Positions 37,512 to 47,049 of a stretch of 64,000 nucleotides of DNA are shown here, one piece after another. Every line of letters begins with the position of its first letter. The first letter of the stretch is position 1. Origin of the DNA: a virus. The notes under the pieces were generated by a model. The model was not told where the DNA came from and did not search any database. It was given only the letters and a program-made list of their open reading frames with translations. The position numbers and the translations under genes are program-made. The stretch spans positions 1 through 64,000 of IMG/VR virus record IMGVR_UViG_3300030098_006570. One strand, 5' to 3'.

Positions 37512-39374
37512 CTAGTAGATGCTCCACTTATCGGAAGCGACATACATCAAGTTGACCGCACCGTCATCGGAGACAATATCCACGGAATCTTCGCCGTCGA
37601 TAGTCTGCGTTCCAGCATGATCAACCACGATCTTGAAGCCACCAAGGCTACTCGGAGCCTTCACGTTAACAACCTGACCAATGGTCGGGCTGGCTGGAAG
37701 GGTCCATGTGCGATTAGCAGTAAGCGTGGTAGTACCATAGTTGAAACCAACCTGGAGAGTACCCGCCGCATCGCCGATGCCCTGGACGTTGGCGACAATG
37801 TCACCAGTCACAGTACCGTAAATGTTAGCAGCCTGAATATCGATCAGGTTGCCCGACTCATCACGAGCAACAAAAATGTCACCAGATGCGGATGCATCAC
37901 CAGTACCGTTCGTCAGGTATACCCACTCGAAATAGTCGGAGTTATCAGCAGCGTAAGGCATGCGGATGGCAGAGCCAGCAGCGTTTGCCTTGCTGCTTGA
38001 ACCGGAGCCGATTGTTACAGTCTTGTCTTTAATCACCAATTCATCGGTGTTGACCGAAGTGATGGTTCCAGCAACGTAGAAGTTACCACTAGCACTCATG
38101 TTTCCGTTGATAGTCAGACCAGCAAAAGTCGGGCTGTCACTGGTACCGAGACCAAGACTCGTACGAGCAGTGGCGCCGCTCTCATAAGCAAAGGCGCCTG
38201 CGCCAGTAGCAACAATGAATTCACCATCAGCAGAAGGAGCGCCGAGAGTGTCAAGATCTTCGAGGACCCCGTCAACAGCAACAGTGACCGAACCACCAAG
38301 GGACACAGCACCCAGAGCAGCCATACCAGCACCCTGTGTGAGAGTGATGGAGCTGTTAGCAAGCTTGGCGTTAGCGATCGAACCAGCGAGGTTATCGTTG
38401 GTGATTGAGTTATCAGGCAAGAAAACGTTACCAGAAACATTCAAGCGCGCGCTCGAACCCACACGGAGTTCTCCGGTAGTGTCCAAATAAAAATTCGAAC
38501 CAGAGATCGACCCCTCCCGAGTAATCGAGGCGGACGCGGCCGTCGAGCCGCCGGACTCATAAAACGACATATCAGTACCCCATACAGTGAAACCCTGGTA
38601 GTCGTCAGCCACATCGTGAGAATGAATCTCAATACCCGCCGAAGCAGAGATAAGCAACGGCGTAGCGTCGGATCCGCCTTGGCCACTGTTCAACATTGCA
38701 TAATACGTATCACCATGGTCGGTCTCGAAGTAACCCAGGGACATGTGGTCAGAAATAACTACATCCTTACCTGCCTTCGAGTTAGAGCCGGAGATGTGAG
38801 CCTCTTTAATGCTCTTGGCCGCACTACCGAGTGAGGTCTGACCGTCAGCATCAGGGATAATATCGGAGCCGACGCCGGGGACGATATTGCCCGCGACAGA
38901 CAGAGCACCAGAGCCCGAAAGGGTGGTGAACTTACCAGCAGCCTGTGAGCTGGCTCCAACAGTAGTTCCATCAATTGCACCACTGTCAACATTAATGTTG
39001 GTGATGGCCTGGCTGTTAGCATCAAGTGCTGCACCAAGCTGATCAGCCTGAAGGCTGTCAATGTATGCTACACCGTCAATGTACAGATCCTTGAACTCAG
39101 CGCCAGAAGCACCAAGGTCAGTGCCAGCATCTGATTGCGGCTTGAGTGCCGTACCGTTGACGACCTGATTAGCGCCCATAAGGACAAGATCGTTGCTGCC
39201 GTTGGAGCTAATCTTTACTGAGCCACCGTCTCCGTTAAAATAGACAACACCGTCGTTGTTAAGAACAACATCGTTGGCTACCTCAACATCAGCCGAGCCA
39301 GAAAGGTCGGCGCCGCCGACTAGTTTAATATCACCTGGGGACTGGAATGTTCCCAATTGAAATTTATATGCCAT
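37512..39374 (-). CDS. Fibre/decoration protein
   Basis: Gly/Ser/Ala-rich; C-terminal TLPASP..GQ..VK...TIDG...W domain; AGGAGG SD. Confidence 0.7.
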   Translation of the reverse strand: MAYKFQLGTFQSPGDIKLVGGADLSGSADVEVANDVVLNNDGVVYFNGDGGSVKISSNGSNDLVLMGANQVVNGTALKPQSDAGTDLGASGAEFKDLYIDGVAYIDSLQADQLGAALDANSQAITNINVDSGAIDGTTVGASSQAAGKFTTLSGSGALSVAGNIVPGVGSDIIPDADGQTSLGSAAKSIKEAHISGSNSKAGKDVVISDHMSLGYFETDHGDTYYAMLNSGQGGSDATPLLISASAGIEIHSHDVADDYQGFTVWGTDMSFYESGGSTAASASITREGSISGSNFYLDTTGELRVGSSARLNVSGNVFLPDNSITNDNLAGSIANAKLANSSITLTQGAGMAALGAVSLGGSVTVAVDGVLEDLDTLGAPSADGEFIVATGAGAFAYESGATARTSLGLGTSDSPTFAGLTINGNMSASGNFYVAGTITSVNTDELVIKDKTVTIGSGSSSKANAAGSAIRMPYAADNSDYFEWVYLTNGTGDASASGDIFVARDESGNLIDIQAANIYGTVTGDIVANVQGIGDAAGTLQVGFNYGTTTLTANRTWTLPASPTIGQVVNVKAPSSLGGFKIVVDHAGTQTIDGEDSVDIVSDDGAVNLMYVASDKWSIY

Positions 39375-39532
39375 TATAAAATCCTCCTATAGATTATGGC
39401 GAAACGTGTAAGAAATTAGAAGAAAGTTACGAAGTGGGCGCATCGAGGCGCAATGGACCATAATATATCCACATTCGTTTCTGATACAATTAGACGTGCG
39501 GAGAGAGAAAAGCTTTTAATATTTTTTATTTT

Positions 39533-40300
39533 TTAGTAGACGTACCAATTACTACCATCGGTATACATATGAATCGCGCCATAAGGCGATTGAATAGTGA
39601 GACTGGATGTATTATCAATTAGCTGGCTGGCTGATGCTTTAAGGGTGATGGGAGTTGTAGGGTCGGCACTTCCCACTTCGTCCTTTACTACATATGTCTG
39701 ACCTCCCACGCATTTTGTAGCATCAAATAAAATCTCAAGGGATGCCGCTCTTACCCCTAAATAATACTCATTGGCGGCAGCCGTATGATTTGTAGTAATG
39801 GGGGTCCTAGCATGGACCAGTCCAGCTTTGATCTGCATTGCTTTATTTGTAAAATCATAAAGCACCAGAGCGCTTCCCGAGATCCCCCCCGAGCCTGTTT
39901 GAAACTGAAGAGCACCCACGGGGCCCTGGGCGCTGGCGGAGCCTCCTCCCCCACTGGCCGTAATCCCAGTAAGATAGCGACCGTCGCCATAGAAAAAGGC
40001 AGCGGAAATATTATTGCTCGCTGATATAAGACCAGTGTTGTCAAGGAGAACCTTGGTGATTCCCCCATTGAGAATGGAAAGGTTAGCCCCATCAAAAGTG
40101 AGATCAGCCTCACCTCGCAGAGTCTTTCCGGTGGTATTAGTAAAGGTTATTAAACGATTGTCGTCAGGGGTGACGACATATTCGGGAATTTGAGAAGTAG
40201 GGAAGGCGAGTTCGGACCCATCTCCCGAAAAAGTGCCCGTGAGAGCAAGGCTGGCGGAGTGGAGTTGCTTGATTGTTCCTGATAATGCATTGTACGCCAT
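39533..40300 (-). CDS. Fibre/decoration protein (paralog)
   Basis: SAQGP.GALQF motif; same C-terminal domain as 37512. Confidence 0.65.
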   Translation of the reverse strand: MAYNALSGTIKQLHSASLALTGTFSGDGSELAFPTSQIPEYVVTPDDNRLITFTNTTGKTLRGEADLTFDGANLSILNGGITKVLLDNTGLISASNNISAAFFYGDGRYLTGITASGGGGSASAQGPVGALQFQTGSGGISGSALVLYDFTNKAMQIKAGLVHARTPITTNHTAAANEYYLGVRAASLEILFDATKCVGGQTYVVKDEVGSADPTTPITLKASASQLIDNTSSLTIQSPYGAIHMYTDGSNWYVY

Positions 40301-40317
40301 CTCGTCTCATAACTCGT

Positions 40318-41073
40318 CTAGATAATCCACCAAGCACTGGTGCCGTCACAAACATAGGTTTCAGATGCATGGTCCGATAAGAGCTTTTGCCACGGGTCTC
40401 CATCGATCGTATCGCCTCCAGAGGCGCTCACCGTTAAATCGGGAGCGGCAGTTCCGGCTTTCACCACCACTACCCGGCCGATTCCGGCGGTTGTAGCTGC
40501 AGGCAACGTGACAGTTGTTGTGGATGCCACGCTCACTACCACAAAATAATCATCAGATGAAATGCTCGTGTCGGTATTGGTGGTACGGTAATTTACCGCC
40601 TGAGATCCACTAACTGTGAGAGCTGCGTACGGATTGGTAACTCCAATTCCCAGTCGCGGCATAGAGGCTGCATCGCCCGGAGGCCCGGAGGATGTAAGAG
40701 TAAATGCATTAGCCGTAACGCCTATTCTTTTAACAGCGAGGCTTCCAGTAAATGTATGCCAGTCTTCATTGGTATCGCCAAATTTAGAATCCCCACTGGA
40801 GGATAAGAAAGTAATGGTATGATTGATAACATCAAAATTACGGGCAACAATATTTCCACTAACTAGAAGATTGCCAGTGAGGATAAGCTGCGATGAGGCA
40901 GTTAGGTATAAGAGTTGCGAAGACCCACTAATACCACTTCCACCAGGGACCGAGGATCCTGAATGGAACTGTAAAGACCCTGTTGGCCCCTGGGCACTAG
41001 CTGTCCCGGGGTGAGAATGACTCCCCCCCGAAGAGCAACTAACATAAGCCCATCCGTTGTATTGTAGCGGCAC
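40318..41073 (-). CDS. Fibre/decoration protein (paralog)
   Basis: SAQGPTGSLQF and SSGDSKFGD..D.HTFTGS motifs; same C-terminal domain. Confidence 0.65.
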   Translation of the reverse strand: MPLQYNGWAYVSCSSGGSHSHPGTASAQGPTGSLQFHSGSSVPGGSGISGSSQLLYLTASSQLILTGNLLVSGNIVARNFDVINHTITFLSSSGDSKFGDTNEDWHTFTGSLAVKRIGVTANAFTLTSSGPPGDAASMPRLGIGVTNPYAALTVSGSQAVNYRTTNTDTSISSDDYFVVVSVASTTTVTLPAATTAGIGRVVVVKAGTAAPDLTVSASGGDTIDGDPWQKLLSDHASETYVCDGTSAWWII

Positions 41074-41091
41074 CGCGCGTAACCCTCCTTG

Positions 41092-41526
41092 TTAGCCGAC
41101 GCCTGCTGAACCGGACCAGTTGGGACCTTGAATTCCTGCACCACCTAACTGTACCACACTACCAGACGCATAATCCAGCTGCTCTACAGGAATGGAGGTG
41201 AGCCCAGCGGCGACGAAAAGACTTTTCGGGTCTTGTCTGGATCCACTAACATAAAGGCGCGTAAGCTTCAGATCTACCGGACCAAAGGTGCCCGAAACTG
41301 CATCGAGGGGCCAACCGTGTGATTCCAACAGGATTCCGGCTTCGGAAAAACCCACGATAGCCAGACTTCCACCCATGTTTCTTACTGAGACCCAGCTGGT
41401 TACAGCCGGGAATTTAATCTCAACAACCCCATCGATAGGGCTTATGCTTGCAGATACCCACGGCTTCCCAGATACTTGGTATGAGGCCGCGCTTCCTAGT
41501 CCCGGGGTATAATTATATGTCGACAT
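41092..41526 (-). CDS. Hypothetical virion protein
   Basis: PGLGSAASYQVSGKPW; late motif upstream. Confidence 0.6.
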   Translation of the reverse strand: MSTYNYTPGLGSAASYQVSGKPWVSASISPIDGVVEIKFPAVTSWVSVRNMGGSLAIVGFSEAGILLESHGWPLDAVSGTFGPVDLKLTRLYVSGSRQDPKSLFVAAGLTSIPVEQLDYASGSVVQLGGAGIQGPNWSGSAGVG

Positions 41527-41567
41527 ATTCTAATCTCCGTCTTATTAAGTAGCATCGAACTTGATGT

Positions 41568-41789
41568 TTATCTAAACATTTTCCTTTGTCGCTTTCTTTC
41601 CAGCTTAAGGCGCTCGCGTTGGGCTTTCTGGCTTTTCAGTTTTTTCTTGACAGAGGGCTTTACGTAATGATCCGTTCGGGCTCGATAAGTTTCTATCACT
41701 CGATCACGTTTACATTTTTTGATAAACCGTCGTATGAGTCGTTCCGAACTCTCTCCGCGACGTAAATCTACTCTCACATTAGTTGCCAC
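41568..41789 (-). CDS. rpsU: Ribosomal protein bS21 homolog
   Basis: VDLRRGESSERLIRRFIKKCKR..VIE..R....YVKPSVKKK; 73 aa and basic. Confidence 0.85.
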   Translation of the reverse strand: MATNVRVDLRRGESSERLIRRFIKKCKRDRVIETYRARTDHYVKPSVKKKLKSQKAQRERLKLERKRQRKMFR

Positions 41790-41796
41790 AATTCAC

Positions 41797-42246
41797 CTAC
41801 TTTCTCTCTTTTACTTCGTTCATGTGGGCACTCCAATTGCGCCCCACGGAACCAAATAAATTGCTAATATCCACACCAGCATCGTCAGGCGCGTGGCCCG
41901 CCATAGGGTTGGCTTGCTGTTGCGGTGACCCTTGGGCAGGGGCCGGGGTTGTCCCTTCAAAGAGATCGACCCCATTAAAAGCGCCGCCGCCAATGGCGGC
42001 CATCAACTTCTTCTTATGTTGTTTTAGCTTGTTACCCTGCTCCTCGCTAAACGCATTTCGTCGCATGCGCTCTTTTACGGGATCAGCCTTAGGCGCGGCT
42101 TGACGCTCTACAATGGGCTGGGGGGTGTTCATTCCTTTGACGACCTCAGCTATAATACCCGAGATAAGTCCGTCTTCCATGAGGGATTCTTTAATGCACT
42201 CATTAACCAGAGGCTTGAGGATTTTCTTTAGTTCTGACTTTTTCAT
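41797..42246 (-). CDS. Hypothetical protein (MKKSELKKILK leader)
   Basis: 149 aa, coupled to the upstream gene. Confidence 0.7.
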   Translation of the reverse strand: MKKSELKKILKPLVNECIKESLMEDGLISGIIAEVVKGMNTPQPIVERQAAPKADPVKERMRRNAFSEEQGNKLKQHKKKLMAAIGGGAFNGVDLFEGTTPAPAQGSPQQQANPMAGHAPDDAGVDISNLFGSVGRNWSAHMNEVKERK

Positions 42247-43856
42247 TTTATACCTGCTAATACTTTCATTCTATCAAGTTCTTTATGTTCGGCTAGAGCT
42301 GGATTCATTTTTTCAGCTTTGGCGGCACTCACCACCTCTTGCCAGGCACGTTGGAGGTTTTCCACTTTGTTCCCCAGTCCCGGAACTTTGCCCAACTGTG
42401 CAATCATCCATGGGATCATGGGTTCACCCTCATCAGTCTTTTCGTTGATGAGTTTTTTCAATAAATCATCTGGGATAAGTTCCACGATCCCTGCGGCTCC
42501 TTGTTCGAGAACAGTCGCGGCTCGCGCATTTTTTAGGTACTTTGAGGCTGTTCGAGCTTTTCCGGCATGGCCGGCCTTGACCAACTTTCGCAGAGTTCCA
42601 AACTTCTTGGCACGGGCGGCCGCGACGGCGCCTTTGGCACCCTTACCAAGCTTACCAGCTTTCATGGCCTCCCCGACTATAGGAGTAAGAGAAACCAAAT
42701 CAAATAATGCCCACCCATACATGCCTCGACTCGTATTTAAAATAAGGCTGGCAATCGTAGCCGGCTTACTTACTGCCATGGCAGGAGGCCAAAGCCCCAC
42801 GGCACCTAAGACGTCCAGGCCGGCCTGAACTTTGTCGAGAGCAGCGTCCCATTTGCTATCTTCCTTTGCCAATATGTCCTTGGCGAGGGCTATCATTTTC
42901 TGCTGAGCTTTCTGCGCGAGGCGGGCTACCTCGTTGGGGTGTATTCCGTATTCGTCCGGACCGCGGGCGGCGGCGTTCTGATCATCGAGCAGTTCCTCGC
43001 GAGCCTCATAAGCATCTTTGGGGCTCAGCCCGAAGATGTCGGCACGCTTGTCAAGGAGCTGATTGAAGGTTTCGATGTCAATTCTTATGGTCCCCCACTT
43101 AAAGTCGTTCGGCTCAACGGAAGAGAAAAATTCCTCTAGAGTCTCGTCGTCCAAGGATAAGAAAAACTCACCAAAGTCGACTGCTTCTTCTTCAGGATCT
43201 GCTACAGTGAGGATTGAAGGGATGTCTTCCTCTTCATCTTCAAGGTCTGGAGCAGCAACTGGTTCCGTTACAATGGTGTCTGTCTGGTCTTCTTGATCCG
43301 GATCCGGGCCCCGGACTGGTTCTGCTACAATGGTGTCTGTTTGGTCTTCTTCATCTGGAGCAGCCACTGGTTCTGCTACAATGGTGTCTGTCTGGTCTTC
43401 GTCTGGTTCGGGATCAGCCACAGTGAGGATCGAGGGAATGTTATCAGCTATACTTTTAACGACCGGACTAATATCCAAGGCGCTACGATTAAACACTGCC
43501 AACAACTGTTTAAAAACTTTGGGGTTCTTTTGGGCTATGGTATCTAAAAATACTTTGAGCTTGGGAGCATTTTGGTGTGTAACCACCACATCTTCCTCAC
43601 CGGTGAAAAGGCGCTCATTTTCTTTAACAACAAAGCCTTCGTCTTCAAGAACGCCAGTAAGTTCATCTACAATAGCTTCGCGTTGTGAGGGTGTGAGCTT
43701 TGCTCCGGACATTTTAGACGCATCGTTCAGTCCCTTAATGATGGTCACTAGTTCGGATGCCGGGTATTCTTTGGTTGCCTCTTTCTTGCCGAAACCAAAG
43801 ATTTCATTAATCTCTGCCTCGATCAGACGATCCAATTCAGCCCGGGAAATTCTCAT
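42243..43856 (-). CDS. Hypothetical protein with acidic repeats, toxin-linker-like hydrophobic hairpin and scaffold-like C-terminus
   Basis: DQTDTIV[AT]EPV x3, IPSILTVADPE x2, GLDVLGAVG...LVSLTPIVG; ends RMKVLAGIK. Confidence 0.7.
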   Translation of the reverse strand: MRISRAELDRLIEAEINEIFGFGKKEATKEYPASELVTIIKGLNDASKMSGAKLTPSQREAIVDELTGVLEDEGFVVKENERLFTGEEDVVVTHQNAPKLKVFLDTIAQKNPKVFKQLLAVFNRSALDISPVVKSIADNIPSILTVADPEPDEDQTDTIVAEPVAAPDEEDQTDTIVAEPVRGPDPDQEDQTDTIVTEPVAAPDLEDEEEDIPSILTVADPEEEAVDFGEFFLSLDDETLEEFFSSVEPNDFKWGTIRIDIETFNQLLDKRADIFGLSPKDAYEAREELLDDQNAAARGPDEYGIHPNEVARLAQKAQQKMIALAKDILAKEDSKWDAALDKVQAGLDVLGAVGLWPPAMAVSKPATIASLILNTSRGMYGWALFDLVSLTPIVGEAMKAGKLGKGAKGAVAAARAKKFGTLRKLVKAGHAGKARTASKYLKNARAATVLEQGAAGIVELIPDDLLKKLINEKTDEGEPMIPWMIAQLGKVPGLGNKVENLQRAWQEVVSAAKAEKMNPALAEHKELDRMKVLAGIK

Positions 43857-43858
43857 TA

Positions 43859-44458
43859 TTAACCCTCTAAAATACTATCCATCAAGTTGATGATTTTGTT
43901 AGTCTTGGCTACATGTTCATTCATGAGCTTATTTTCAGAAAGGGCCATAAAGGCGTTGGGGGTTGACGGCTCGGATACAATGTCAAAACAGATAAGCTGA
44001 AAGTCATCCTCGACAATCGTCTTGCCCATACGCTCGGTAACCGATCCCATCCCCCGCGAGGAGATACCGATCTTCACTCCCGACTCCACCAAGGCGCGCA
44101 AGATTTGGCCAGAGGGAGTCTTGAGAACTTTGCACTTACCCATTACGGAGGCACCATCCATCCATACCTCAGTTACCATGTGGGAAACGTTGGCAAGATT
44201 GATGATGGAAGAATCAGGGTGGTCTAACTCGCCGAGAGCACGGTTATCTTCAACAATCTGCTTGTACCTTTTTACTTCGCGCTCCATGATTCCTCTAGGA
44301 TACACTCGTCCATTTCCGTTCTGGACATCTGCTTCCTGCAGCTTGCCAGTTAACATCATACCACCATTACGCACAAAGGTCTTCTCGGCTTCCGTCAGTA
44401 AATCTTGACAGACGCCGCCTTCGCATAGTTCATAGAATTCTCGTAATAGTTTAGCCAT
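43859..44458 (-). CDS. Prohead core protease (T4 gp21-like)
   Basis: NGNGRVYP, ALGELDHP, VSH, GISSRGMGS and DIVSEPSTPNA motifs. Confidence 0.93.
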   Translation of the reverse strand: MAKLLREFYELCEGGVCQDLLTEAEKTFVRNGGMMLTGKLQEADVQNGNGRVYPRGIMEREVKRYKQIVEDNRALGELDHPDSSIINLANVSHMVTEVWMDGASVMGKCKVLKTPSGQILRALVESGVKIGISSRGMGSVTERMGKTIVEDDFQLICFDIVSEPSTPNAFMALSENKLMNEHVAKTNKIINLMDSILEG

Positions 44459-44461
44459 TGT

Positions 44462-45310
44462 TTATTTCTTCTTTTTCTCTTCCAGCTGATGTGAGAAATC
44501 AAACACATCGGTCCAAGATCCTGTGCCTCCAGACTTTCTTTCGCGCTCTTTACGAGCGGCGGCTGCGGCCCTGACCCGGTCTTTCTGGTCGCGGTCGGCT
44601 TGGATTTCAGCATCCCTTCGCGCTTTGTCGCGCCCTTCAGGAGAATTTCGATAAGCCTCTCGTTCGGCTTCTTCTCGATCTTTACGCCGTTGCTGCTTGG
44701 CGCGCTCTTCCGCGTCTCTCTCGCGCTGCTTTTTTCGCTCGTAAGCGTCGTTCGACTTCTTAGCGCTGCGCTGCTTTGACTTAACAACAGTTCTGAGATA
44801 GTCATCCCAAGCGCGACCTAGACCCTCATATGAGGCGTCATATTTGTCGCCGTCCTCGAAAAAAGACCGGAAGTCCCAGTTGGTTGCCGATGGAGTGTCG
44901 TCAATCTTCTTCTCGTATCGGCTTTTGCCTTTCTTTCTCCAGAAAACATTCTTCTTTGCTTTCCCTCCAGCAAGACCAGTTCGCGATACCATATCGCCAA
45001 TAGCGGAGAAAACATCCTCCTCTAGCCCGTGACCGGCTTCCTCTATTTCGCCCCACTCTTGATTGCGGGTGCGGGATCTGTTCTTCCACTTATCCGCTGC
45101 GATATCATCCTTAACTTTCTGCCGGCGGCGAGCTATGTCATCTCTCTGGCGCCTATCGTAGCGGTCCTGGGCGGCTTGTCGCCTCGAAGGGTCCGGTGGC
45201 GGGATCTTTCGCCAATCTACCTCTTCAGCAACGGTTTCTTCCCCACGATTCACCGTCTCGTTCAAGAAGTACCTTGGGTCTATTCGTTTTGTATTCTTTC
45301 TGCGCGCCAT
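44462..45310 (-). CDS. Hypothetical highly charged protein
   Basis: 282 aa, Arg/Lys/Glu-rich, with multiple [LI]xE sites. Confidence 0.65.
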   Translation of the reverse strand: MARRKNTKRIDPRYFLNETVNRGEETVAEEVDWRKIPPPDPSRRQAAQDRYDRRQRDDIARRRQKVKDDIAADKWKNRSRTRNQEWGEIEEAGHGLEEDVFSAIGDMVSRTGLAGGKAKKNVFWRKKGKSRYEKKIDDTPSATNWDFRSFFEDGDKYDASYEGLGRAWDDYLRTVVKSKQRSAKKSNDAYERKKQRERDAEERAKQQRRKDREEAEREAYRNSPEGRDKARRDAEIQADRDQKDRVRAAAAARKERERKSGGTGSWTDVFDFSHQLEEKKKK

Positions 45311-45420
45311 TGTTTTAATTCCTCTGATGTTTTTAAGTTTAACGTGGGGCCTTTCGACCCCACATAAAGTATGCTACCGGAGCAGCACCTGCGAACTGGT
45401 TGGATCATCCACTTTGTCAT
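45280..45420 (-). CDS. Small peptide with RRCC motif
   Basis: MTKWMIQPVRRCCSGSILYV...; AGGAGG SD; ATGA overlap with the upstream stop. Confidence 0.5.
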   Translation of the reverse strand: MTKWMIQPVRRCCSGSILYVGSKGPTLNLKTSEELKQWRAERIQNE

Positions 45421-45737
45421 GACTTCTCACCTCCTTTGTGGATCAATCTGATCCCGTAATCCTCGACCAACATACTTAAAAAGTATGAGGTTCCAGCACT
45501 AATGCAACCGCACATGAACGCTGTCATGGGCTGATTGCTAAAACTAAATAGTTCTGTATAGGGACTAATGCCCCACAGAAAGACACCAACCCAGAATCCC
45601 ATGCACAAATGGCAGTGGAATAAACGACCAAATCCCCACATTGACTTGCAAGGTGGGCGGATCTTATTAAAGATATGTCCGTGAATAATAATAAATGTCA
45701 TGCCGTAAGCGGCAAGCACAAAATGTAATAGTTCCAT
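45417..45737 (-). CDS. Membrane protein with CxxC (DUF1360-like)
   Basis: GHIF..IR...LFHCHLCMGFWVG; three hydrophobic segments. Confidence 0.6.
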   Translation of the reverse strand: MELLHFVLAAYGMTFIIIHGHIFNKIRPPCKSMWGFGRLFHCHLCMGFWVGVFLWGISPYTELFSFSNQPMTAFMCGCISAGTSYFLSMLVEDYGIRLIHKGGEKS

Positions 45738-45740
45738 GTT

Positions 45741-46247
45741 CTAATAACGATTGCGGAGCGGATAGTAGTAGTAACCCGGTCGCATCGCGCCCTTCTCCGC
45801 ATACTGCGGCACTTCGCCGTACTCTGTGGAGTTACGGTCAGACGGGTGTGTGTACATGTCTTCGAGTTCTTTCTCGTATTCATCGGCAATTTTATCGCTG
45901 CCGGCTTCACTTACCAAAAACTCGGTAATAACATACACAGCAGCCTGTAGTGAGTTGACTTGCTCATTGGTGTAAATTTCGGCCTCCAAAGAACGAAAGA
46001 CGTTTCCCCCCTGAATGCTGGACCGATCGATGATACCCTTATCTGCTAGCATCTCCAGCAAGCGATTCTGATGGTCGTAGACATCTTCGGTTGCCGTAGT
46101 TTTGGGAAAAATAATAACCTTCATTTTTTCCGGGACAACAGCAATATCAATCTTGCGATGATCCATAATCAGAAGAGAACCATCTAAGGCCCGTCGCGCG
46201 TTGAGCGCTACCGAGGCCTGTGGGCCTCCGATTTGAATCTTAATCAT
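45741..46247 (-). CDS. Hypothetical protein
   Basis: ORF within the head operon. Confidence 0.7.
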   Translation of the reverse strand: MIKIQIGGPQASVALNARRALDGSLLIMDHRKIDIAVVPEKMKVIIFPKTTATEDVYDHQNRLLEMLADKGIIDRSSIQGGNVFRSLEAEIYTNEQVNSLQAAVYVITEFLVSEAGSDKIADEYEKELEDMYTHPSDRNSTEYGEVPQYAEKGAMRPGYYYYPLRNRY

Positions 46248-47049
46248 GACCAAGTAGCTCCTTGCTGAGATCCTGAACCTTCAGGACCTTGCCTAAATCT
46301 TTCTCTTCGAACTCCCGCTTGCGGAAGCTATCTAGATACTCCACCACTCCCTCGATCTTTTCTTTGATGAGTCCTTCCTCTTGTGTTTCCAAATTCTCGG
46401 TAAGGACGGACTTGAGGCGCCCCAATTCTTCATTGAGATAAAGCTTCATCTCGAACCCCTGATCGGCAAAGCTAGTAATGTAGTGCGTCAGAAGCGTCTT
46501 CTGTTCGTGAAGAAGGTTGTCGTACTTTTGATTGAATTTCTTGATAAAAGAATGATAAGTAAGATTGTCGATGGGCTGCAATGTTTCTTGGGGAGAATCG
46601 ATCTTCTCTGCCATTCGGTCTACAAGAGCTTGCTCAAAAAGAACTCTTTTCTTCAGCGCTGTTTTGGAGCTAAAGATCCCCTTGACAGAGGCCAATGACT
46701 TAAAATTGGGCACAAAGGTTGCCCAAACTTCTGTTCCCAGCTGCTTGTTAATGACTGCAATAAGACGAGATTGCGCATCAAACAATGCACTCTCATCCAG
46801 CTTTTTGTGGGCCTCCTTGGTTTCAGTCATCAGACGGCTCGCGACCTTCTCTTGGATATTGCGAGTTTCTAGAAGGGTCCGATATAGGCGCAACTCCTCT
46901 CCCAAAACAGTATTTGGACCCAGATGCTCTTGTAAGATCTTGAGGATAAGAGCCTTTCGTTCGGCATCATTATCCACAATGGCTTTGGTAAGAGTGCGAG
47001 TGAGGGTCTCGTAAACAAATGCAATATTTCTTTTCTTATTATGCTTCAT
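46240..47049 (-). CDS. Hypothetical head-operon protein
   Basis: MKHNKKRN...; overlaps the end of the portal gene. Confidence 0.75.
   Translation of the reverse strand: MKHNKKRNIAFVYETLTRTLTKAIVDNDAERKALILKILQEHLGPNTVLGEELRLYRTLLETRNIQEKVASRLMTETKEAHKKLDESALFDAQSRLIAVINKQLGTEVWATFVPNFKSLASVKGIFSSKTALKKRVLFEQALVDRMAEKIDSPQETLQPIDNLTYHSFIKKFNQKYDNLLHEQKTLLTHYITSFADQGFEMKLYLNEELGRLKSVLTENLETQEEGLIKEKIEGVVEYLDSFRKREFEEKDLGKVLKVQDLSKELLGHD

Noticed and set aside
45342-45390. SECIS/selenoprotein reading of the RRCC peptide
   Set aside because: Both Cys codons are TGC and there is no in-frame TGA.
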